A stretch of 64,000 nt of DNA from Stegostoma tigrinum. Lineage: Eukaryota. The DNA lies in the NCBI RefSeq assembly GCF_030684315.1, contig NC_081369.1, positions 51,009,598-51,073,597 on the forward strand, written 5' to 3'. The notes beneath the pieces are model-generated. The model ran no database searches. It saw only the letters and a list, made by a program, of their open reading frames with translations, and was not told the origin of the DNA. Positions 39,181-48,930 of the stretch are shown here, piece after piece; position 1 is the stretch's first letter, and every line of letters begins with the position of its first letter. Both the position numbers and the translations under genes were made by a program.

Positions 39181-40534
39181 AGCTTTTGTGCTCCTGAGAT
39201 GCTGCTTGGCCTGCTGTGTTCGTCCAGCCTCACATTTTATTCGCTTGGAATCTCCAGCATCTGCAGTTCCCATTATCTCTCTCCCATCTCTGATGACTGT
39301 GCTTTCGGCCAGTTAAACTCTGGACCACTATCCCTGCACTTCTCCTTTCTTCTCTCTCCCCTCTTCCATTAACAGGCTCATCAAAACCCATCTTTTTGAT
39401 CAAATCATTTGTCCTTCTTCTTTGATGCAGACTTTTTTCCCCAGTTTGTTTGATTACCTTTAAAGAAATAAATTAGGTTTCATTATAACTTTAAAGACAT
39501 TGCGTGTATGCGAGTGGACTGGAACGTGTTGAAGTCGTGGCTGGCGCTATCCAAATGCAAGTCTTCGTGTTATTTCTTTGCCTGCATGACGCTATGATTT
39601 TGGAAGGGATACTGAGCTCAGTAATTCAAAAAGGGAAACGGGGCCGCGCGATGGCGCTACAAGAAAACATATTCCCTCTGACATTCCAGAAGTTTCCCGT
39701 TCCTTTAACACGCGACCCTCCACGGCTCTCTCCCAGCGTCCAAGTGTGTTAACAGAGAGATTGATCAACTTTTATTGATTTGACTTTTTATGTGTTGCTG
39801 GCCAGGTTTGTGAAAGTTGCTTTTTTTAAAGTCCCCCAAGAATGTCTCTCAGCTGTAAGGCATTTTAGAATTTTTAATGTCCACATATACAGATTACATG
39901 TCTGATCACACGAGATACACAAATGCACGGACATAAATGTGGATGTATATATAGAGAGATTGGAATGTGATTTCAGCAACTTAGAACAAACGATGAGTTC
40001 ACGTGTGGATTTAACGATCTATTTACATCAGTGAATCTGTCCATGGTTTTTCAAAAAGAATGTAATCAATACTTTAAAAAAAGGATCAAGCTCCGTAACA
40101 AAAAAAACTGCAATGGAATGTCTACGTGAAATCAGCGCTGTCAAGAAACAAAAGGAAATAGTGTGCAGAAAGTTGGAGGAAATAATGAAGAGAACTCGCA
40201 TCGAAACGGAAGTGGGCATAATAAGTACAATAACTTTAATAGAATGACATCCACATCCTTTGGGAAAAATATACTTCTTAAATGGCACAACACTCTTTAA
40301 AATAAAACGTATAAATTATACCTACGTGAACGTCTTCGTAAGCACTTGCTATTAGTAGTTACAATTCTGTGATATCCTCCTTAATAATGCGACAATTGCA
40401 TTCCACTGACCACACTATTCACAAAAATAACGCGGGGACACGCCTTATGATGATGCGATTGTCAGCGGTATTTTGTGTCTATTTTGCATGAACACAGGAT
40501 TTCAGAAAGTCTGGACCAGAGTTTGATCTGTCAA

Positions 40535-41259
40535 TTTATTTCCTTGTATTTGAAATAGTTTTTTTTTAAAAATTGATTTGTTTTTAAATTCGGAATTTTC
40601 TGCTCGTTAAAAGATTGCATTTGGGGCTCGCTGTTTATTTGCACTGCAATTACAGAGTTAAATAACACTGATAATCCGAGAGGAACAAGCTTTCAAATAA
40701 ATTACACCCCAGGTCTGAAATGTCAACTTTGAAACATTGCAGTTTCAGTTGTCCAGGACCTCGGGAGTAAAGCGACCTGCGGTGGGTCTACACGATTAAA
40801 CCTCTCCGCCTATAAACTAGACTACACATTCCAGGCCTAAAATGTAGGCCGTGTTGTTTTGTTTTACTGAATTAAACAATATCATGTAGACTTCATACAC
40901 AGAATAAAAGAGCATTTCATTTCGGTCATCTACAAAAAGGCACAAACCATCTCGTCTATAAATCCACACGAATTACATTTGTATACAGTGCATAAGATTA
41001 TGTTAAAAGTCAGGTGTCAAAATATCGATTTTTTTGAAATTCTTCCCAATGCCAAGAGACACTAAATTGTGTTTTTTTTAATACATATTCAAATTTAAAA
41101 AATGGTTAGAATGACTTTATTTTAAAAAATGCATATTAAGGCTTGGTTTACATTATATGAAACAAAAACACTTCAGGAACGGCAAATATTGCCAACACAC
41201 TGCACCATTGACTTATTTTACAATACTGATCAGTTTTAGAGACTATGCGGTGTTTTATT
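40535..41259 (-). terminator. Candidate FOXF1 polyadenylation signals
   Basis: TTTATT on + (AATAAA on -) at 41254, 41116, 40634, 40535; usage unknown. Confidence 0.35.
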
Positions 41260-41502
41260 TATGATGGGTAGCTAAAACTTAGAATAAATAGAAACTATTA
41301 GATTGAGCTTCGCTGAAAGTGCCTTCACAAATGGTATTTTTCTCTCTCTAGTAATAATTCTGGATCCGCTTAATGTATTAAATAAGGATCCAGAACAATG
41401 TTTCTATGGACAAGAACGCACCGCTGCTGCGAACTATCGAGGTGCAAGACCGGGGATGGTGGGGTTGGGGAGAGCATATTCCACTGATTTTTCTAGATAG
41501 GA

Positions 41503-41663
41503 TCACATTACACACGGTTTGATATCTTGGTAAGTCACTTGCTGGTGATAATAAGATCCATTGGTTGATGGATGCATTGAAGGGGACGTCATGGCGTTGA
41601 AAGAGAAGACGAATTCTTTCCTGTCACACATGCTGGGAGACTGCGAGTGATATCGTGGAATTC
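41503..41663 (-). CDS. FOXF1: FOXF1 exon 2
   Basis: Polypyrimidine tract and AG acceptor at 41665-41664; (G)[24 protein letters not shown]...[16 protein letters not shown], the diagnostic FoxF C-terminus. Confidence 0.97.
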
Positions 41664-44189
41664 CTATTAAAAGAAAATGGGAAGAGGAGAGAGAGAGAAA
41701 AAACACCAAGATGAAGAAATGCCATTTAAGAGAATGTGTTTAAACATTAAGCATTAAAAAGGCCCGCCTAGTAATATCTTGCTTTCAGGCCAGGTTGTGA
41801 AGAATAATATTAAAATGGAAGTTCCCAACTGTTTACAATACTTTCCAATACTGTGAAAGACACATCTTTTAATAGAACATCTGTAATTCAAACAATGGAT
41901 TCGCGTAAAGGCTTGATTATAACGTTTATCAGAGACCAATAAATGTTACCATGAATCACCATCTAACAATGTATCATTTTTTTTCCTTAAATCAATGTTG
42001 ATAAGTTGGATGCAATAAATCAGTCGTCATTGTTAAACTATCCATTCACTAATATTTAACTTATCCAAGCACAAAGTACATATCTGGGATTATCTGCATG
42101 TCAAAACTGCGCCCTAGTTTTCCCAGCAAGTCAGCTCATATTTTATATTGTCCAGTTTAGATCAGAGGATAGATCTCTCTGTCTTTCTTTCTGATAATTT
42201 CAAAGACTGCTCAAGGAAAACCGCCGCCCGGTCATTTGAATTTCCCCGGTCTGATTTTTTTTTCGCCCCGCAATGAAAGATGCTCACCGTGATTTGTACG
42301 GTGCGGCTGAAGTGGAGGCATTACGATTAGGTCTTAACTAAAACCCAAGCTTTGGAAGTTTTCATGCCCACATATTTAAACACCGTGTCAAAACTGCTCT
42401 ACTTCATCTCAAAATGAAATTCCCCCACGTGGTCTGATATTTTGAAATTTATCACGGTCAAAATAATAAGTCACAGATGAATTATTTCCCTTGTATTTAC
42501 AAGTTACTACTGGCCGCCTGCTTCAATTTTCTTGGTCCATATACTTTCATGACAGAATCTGTTCGGAAAGGTGAAGGAAATTTTCTTGATTGAGATACTT
42601 TCACAGTGTAATATCAGTTATATCAGTTAAACTGAATCTGTTCGGAAAGCTGAAGTGCCATATTTAATATCATCATACTGCTAGCCACTGCAAGATGAGC
42701 AACTCGTATACCACAGAAGAAATGCTTCGACGGGGAAAAATTTGGTTTGCGGATTTATTTTACGCCATTAATTTGTGGTTGTTTTTATTCACAAAATAGA
42801 CATGGGTTTAAACTTGGCTTGCACCTAAAATGAGCATCTGTTCTTGTCCATTGGGAACATAGTGTATCTGCAGTTACTACTGGTACACAAGCGTTAACAC
42901 GATGTCTGTCAGAGTGGCAGAAAAATCGACCAGGTCAAACCGTTTGTGGTTGGACTTTAAAATCTGTTCCTAATATGGAACTGTTTAAAACAGTAAGCAT
43001 TTGAGGGTTTTTTAAACGTAGAATATTTGCTACCGGGTCGATTTTTAAACATTAAATATCCCCGAGAAGATGCTCCGAAATTGGAATATCTTTCTCAGCA
43101 TAACTGAGAGTGGGAATTTGGGCTACTGGAGAGTTATTATTCCACCCCCACACTGCAGATTCACAGAGTTAATGGGGCTCCTGGCCGAGTTGCTCTGGGA
43201 GCTGAACCGCACGCTATGAATCCCCAGTAGACGGTTTCTGCGGCAGGGAGTCGTCCCTTTTGCATTCTGATGTTGTTATTGCCGTCGTGTTGGCACCACA
43301 GCAAGCACTGTCCCTGCGGGGATGGCATCGAGATGTTTTCTTTGACCACGTTTTGGAATTTGTTGGAAAAACAAAAGGCCGGTTTATTCTTTTTTAGTTT
43401 GTTAGCATTGCAGCCTAGTAACCAATTACGTGCGCCGAGAGGAAGCGAAAACGACCTACTTCCTTAACTTAATGACACTTGTGAAACTCTTCTCCAAGAC
43501 AACAGCTCTAAATCCAGTCTCTACCAAATTCCTTCTCAATCTTACTGGTGCATAGCCTCCTAACACTTTATACAGAGGGAAAGTGCACGAAAAGCATTAC
43601 TTTCTCTCTTTAATACTTTTTCCTTTTTTTCAAAAAAAGTGACCAAATTAACCTTAAGCAGCAACATTAACAAGTCTTGGTTTTCGAGTTGCTCTCACTC
43701 CAAAAGCAAAACACTTTCTTTGGAACGACTGCATGAGAAGTGAAGCTGTCTCAAATAATTACTCGAAATCTTATCTAAGCCCTTGTTTTCACTAAACCGC
43801 TTGAGCTCCAAGCGGCTTCTTTTTCTGGTCCCTGTTTTTGTTGCTTCCTGTAGCGCTGTTTATTTTAGCCAAAATGACTTGCCACCAGCTCGAACACAAC
43901 AATAAAACGGGGGGGGGGGGGGAGAAAAAAGTTGCGTATGATATTATGGGTTCCACATCTGGATTGACTCGTCCTAATAGCATGGAGCAGAAGTAAGTTC
44001 AACCGCACTATTGGGTCTGCTGTATTCTACAAGCATTCTTTAAAAAATCAGATTAAAATTAGATTAATACGTTAGTTTGTCACTTGGCAATATACTGCTG
44101 CTCTGTCGTTCGTAGATAAAGTACCTCCCGCGATTTAAGAGCATAAATCTTTCTTGCTAATGGCTATCTGTAATACTCTAGCTCTGTAC

Positions 44190-45171
44190 CTTGTATATCG
44201 GTCGCATTGTGGCTATTTTGGTGTAAATAGGACTGGTCTAGGGAATGTGCTTGCAGGTTTGAAGTTAGGTTCGCCGAAGGGTTGCATGGTGATAGAGACT
44301 GTTGTTTGATGTAAGGAGCCCCGTTGTTGAGTGCAGAAGCCGGGGGTGCCCACGCCGAAGCGGTGGATGTGTACATGGAGTGAGGTTCCATCACCCCACC
44401 GCCGGTCAGCAAGGGAGAGGCGGAGACCGAACTGTCGGCGTGGTTGGGGTAATCTCCCACGGAAGAGCCTGTACAGCTTCCCATATAGTGCCCGTTGTTG
44501 GTCGACAGGTGAGAGACCGAGTGTCCTGGTAAAGCCATCCCATCAACGTTGTTGGGCAAATGTCCATTCATCATGCTGATACTACTGTCTAACGAAAGCC
44601 CGTTTGGAGCACAAGAGATGGGCGCTCTGGAGCCCTGGAAGTTATAAGTCTCTGGGATGTGGTTGAAGCCCAATCCGTTCATCATGCTGTACATGGGCTT
44701 GAGCGCTTGGCACTTCCTACGAAAGCCCCTGGGTCTGCGTCTGAAGGAACCTTCCTCAAACATGAACTCGCTGGCCGGATCAATGGTCCAGTAATGGCCT
44801 TTCCCAGGCCTGCCCAGGCCTTTGGGCAGTTTGATGAAGCACTCGTTCAGGGAAAGGTTGTGACGCACCGAGTTCTTCCAGCCTTGGTAAGAGCCCCGGA
44901 AGAAAGGAAAGCGGCTCTGCAGGAACTGGTAGATCTCGCTGAGAGTCAGCCGCTTGGTAGGAGCGCTCTGAATGGCCATGACAATTAGAGCTATGTAGGA
45001 GTACGGCGGCTTCTCAGGGCGTCGGATGCCAGCGTTTGTTTTCTTGGTTTTGGTGGTGGAGATGGCTGATTCCATCACAGAGGTCTGATTGTTGGCTTTC
45101 TCGGGAGATGCAGACATGGGGCTGCTCTGGGCCGTGCTGTGAGCCGGCGGCTGCTGAATCTCGGCCGTCAT
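44190..45171 (-). CDS. FOXF1: FOXF1 exon 1 (forkhead domain)
   Basis: [27 protein letters not shown]...[15 protein letters not shown]; GT donor at 44189-44188, phase 1 matching exon 2; 380 aa spliced; synteny with MTHFSD favours F1 over F2. Confidence 0.97.
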
Positions 45172-45800
45172 TCAGGAACTAATGTCGCCGGGCACTCAAA
45201 ACGCCGAAAAAAAAATCGCCGACTCTGAACCTCTTTTTGTTCTTTAGTCCTTTGATTCAACTCCGCCGTTTCTTCAATATTTCCAAAGTAAGGTTTCAAA
45301 ATAAAACTTGTTGTTGCTCTAGAATTTTTTTTTCAGAAAAAAGACCGGATCTTTCCCCCACCCACCACCAAAAAAAACGCACACACACACACAAAGTCAG
45401 CCGAATGCTGGGGAGGGAGCCTCGGCGCAGTTATTTCTTCAACTCTGTTACTTTTTGCCTGGATCGCCTGCACAGGGAGCAGCTTTCCATCGCAGTTGTT
45501 CTGGGATCTGCCACGCCAAAGAGATCGCGTTTACTTATCTCTTGTCATCAGCGTCTCGAACCTCTCGACTGTCAAGACGTAAGAAACAAGGAACTCCCCG
45601 CCCAGACCCCCCTCCCACCTCGGTCAGGACTGGTGGGCTGTGAATGCTCCTCAACACCCGCCTTCATTAGCGATTTGATATGGTGTCTGTCTTTCTCTAC
45701 GTAGTTCAAACCAGCTATAATGTTTGGGGGCGGTGGGGGAATCTCTATGTAGATAGGTTTATATATCTCCACACACATACACACGGATATTAAATACAGT
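45172..45800 (-). promoter_or_regulatory. FOXF1 5' UTR / proximal promoter
   Basis: CpG-rich; GC boxes (CCCCGCCC ~45596, GGGGCGG ~45727); TSS not determinable. Confidence 0.55.
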
Positions 45801-48739
45801 TAGTTCATTTAAATGGAAACATGAATAAATATAAATATTAAACCATGAACAACTTTTTAAGCCACAAAGAGCACAAAATTGACTTAGAATTGTTCAATAT
45901 ATATATTAGTTTTTTTTAAAGAATCAATCATTCAAAGGTGAGGAACGTTGTTTTCAGGCTGGCAAAAATGAAAAGTTGCAGAATTGGTGGTCTATATATT
46001 TTTAAATTTTAAGACGTAAAGTTAAATCTCATAACAGGACGGGGTGTTTATTGTACTTTATGAATCAGTTTAGATATAATTTTAAGAAATCGTTGATAAT
46101 AAATTACGATTAGATTTTCTGATATTTAGAATCTGGATCAGATACACATTCTGTCCCTTGTTTGAAAACTTATGTTTAATAGACAGGAACATGTACAGGA
46201 TGTTTATACAAAAACAATGTAAACAATCTGCAATCTGCTCCTTTAAAGAAATTTCAGTGAAATCCCATTTAATACTGTTTCTTTTCTGTTACTTATAAAA
46301 TGCTCTTTTGTAGCCTCACGCCTGACTGTTTAGATATTCTCTTTATATATGTATACATAAATAAGTCATTGCAAGCTGAATTGTGCCCAGTTTCTGGCCC
46401 TGCACAGACTTTGCCACACACACTCCGAGAGAGAGAGAGGGAAAAAGCAGCGACGTGAACGAGCAGCCTCGGCGCCTGGCATCGTTTGCAATAACGTGTC
46501 GCATCTTTTTCTAAAAAAAACTAAGGTAAGAGACATCACAGATATCTCCGCACTTCTTCTACACAGTGTGAAAGATTTTCTGTGATTAGAAGACAACAGT
46601 GAGAAAGACTTGCTTTCATTCGGCGTTCTGGTTTTAGAAAGTGTCACTCTTGCTGGTGGTTGACATAGTTCAAAAAGATGAACTACAAAAGCTAATGTAT
46701 GCGACACGACCAGACGGCGCCTGTAACCCTGATTTCCCCCCACATCTCGTTCTCTGGTAAGATCTCGAAATTGTTTAAAAAAGTTAATTCATCTATATAA
46801 CGCCGGATTTCTAATAAAGTTGGGATTATGTTGGAGAAATGTTATTTAATGCAGATAAATTTGAACTCTAAATTCCTAGGAAGAACTACACCTCTGTAAA
46901 TCAAATCTTGAAGAAGTGTGATTTTCAAGGGAATTTGCATCTAATTTCGCCCGAGAGTTAACTTCAAATTGAATGTGTTGCACCTTAGAGATTCTGTAAC
47001 CGAGTTGCTTCCTTTTTTTCAGCGAAAAGTAAGGTTTTCCGGAAAGTAAGAGTTTTGATATCACTTACGACACGAAACATACTTTGCAAAGTAGCGCGGC
47101 CGTCAAGGAGCCGCCAATTGACTTGTAATAGTGGTTGGCAACAAATGTGTTATATTCCTCGTCAATGCATAGACCCTATTCACAGCTGTCCCATCCACAT
47201 TGAGCATTTTCAACAGGTCTGAATTGTGTTTCTCGCAAGAACACAATCACATCACAATGTTAAAACAAAGCCGTGGTTTACAAGATCACATCCCGAATGT
47301 AATCTGGCTGCAAAGAGCTAATTCGTTTTTATTTTTAAACGATGGAAATCGGGAATATACTTAACGTTCGAAGTGATTGTATTTCCTAGCTTTGGCAAAA
47401 CATAATATGGTTGATAGCAAAAAGAAAGCAAAACTCAAAAGAAAATGAAACACAGCAGCTAACAATATTGCAAGGAAGCGTTGGTGCAATGCAACTACGG
47501 TATGATACTTGGAGATGTATTTGTTTTTAAACACATTGGCAAGTAGGGTAAAAGCAAAACTATAAAACTTGTTGAATTCCTCGTGAAACCTCGACAGGAG
47601 TTCGAAAGCCGATCTGTGTATTCCAGTGGATAAGACAAATTGGAAAGTTTTAAATACACGCTGCATTCAAGTGGCATGTTTCCCTAACCAGTTTAGAGAT
47701 TCTTTTGTTAATACTTAAGGTTGATTATTGAACAGACTGTTGTTAAGTTGTTTTTCGATCTATTATACTTCAATTGTTTAATTTCCTTGTTTTGATAGTC
47801 TTTACGCCAACGCCTTTTTGTAATAATATTATACCTATATGTTGAACTGCTGTTCTTTGATAATATTCACACGCTTCGCCCACACGCATCCAGGCTCCTT
47901 AACTATCAGCAGAATTGTTACAAAAAGTTTATTTCGAGTAAGGAAAAGATCCAAACAAGAGAAAAACGTGTAGGATTTGTTGGCGCACATTAATTTTAAA
48001 TTAAATTCTGGTCTCATGCATATTGTTCTAATCATATATAATTTAAACACAAAATATAGAAAAGTTGTGATTTATCGAAGTACCAAAGAAGGTTTCAGCT
48101 TTATTTGATTGAACGAAATGTTCACACTGGAATGTACAGCTTTATTTGCGTGCATTGATGACTGACAATGCTTTACATCTTCGACTGTAATAGACAATAG
48201 TTTTATAGATTCTTGTTTTTTATATTGTGCAGAGAGCTTTCCACTTAAAATGCAAAATCGATAAATAAAGAAGCTGTAAATTTTATTTATGGAGAAAAAA
48301 GTTCTTTCTTAATCGTGAAAACCCATGGTCTGAGATCACCGTTGATGAGTGAACTCGTTTCAACATAATCTGATTTAAGTGCATGTGGATGGACTGTGTG
48401 CAATATTTTCTCATGCCCATGGTACAAAATGATCTACTGAGTCAATATTGAAGTTATTACCGCGCTTATTGAATTTTAACAATCTAAAATTATACATGTG
48501 CGTTATTTAAAACAACGTCTGTTATAAAACCAACTCTTTTGGGAAGTCAGCGTTTTACAGTTCCCATCCCACCCTCTTGGGCCAGTTTGGTCCCCCCACC
48601 CCCACCCCCACCCCGCCTCCCACCACCACCCATTAAAAAGCAGTTTCCGTTTAAGATCAAATTCGGCACCGGCCGAGTCGTGTTGATTATATTCGAGATT
48701 GCATGGGAGGTGCAAATAACGTTAATAAAAGGGGTATTA

Positions 48740-48930
48740 TGCTGTGCAGAGACCCAGGTTTGGGTGAAGTTATTGTAAACAGGCTGCGCAATCAGTGACC
48801 CTGTTAGCCGGGGCCAGGCATTTATCAGCGCTCAGGGGGCTGAGGTAGAGAGAGGTGCCGAGACCACCCACCTCGCTGGAATGGAGGCACGCGTGTGCCC
48901 CGTTCCACTCCCTGATTTTAATTAGCAACC
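48740..48930. promoter_or_regulatory. Candidate Hedgehog-responsive FOXF1 enhancer
   Basis: GLI consensus GACCACCCA 48862-48870, FOX TGTAAACA 48774-48781, GATA TTATCA 48822, TEAD-like TGGAATG 48877, TAATTA 48919. Confidence 0.6.

Larger units (their letters stand above)
35124..39282. mobile_element. Young Penelope-like retroelement (Neptune-type), 5'-truncated, with inverted partial duplication; 15-bp TSD
   Basis: 35124-36782 is the reverse complement of 37588-39246; CCCATCTCTGATGAC at 35109-35123 and 39283-39297; RT and GIY-YIG motifs present. Confidence 0.96.

Noticed and set aside
35124-39282. Interpretation as a DNA transposon with long TIRs, or as a mis-assembly
   Set aside because: Encodes RT/GIY-YIG rather than a transposase; asymmetric tail, TSD and arm differences argue for a real retrotransposition product
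43909-43922. G14 homopolymer in FOXF1 intron
   Set aside because: Simple repeat with no evidence of function
44164-44189. FOXF1 ORF extension GTELEYYR*
   Set aside because: Read-through into the intron; a canonical donor and a phase-matched exon 2 give the true C-terminus
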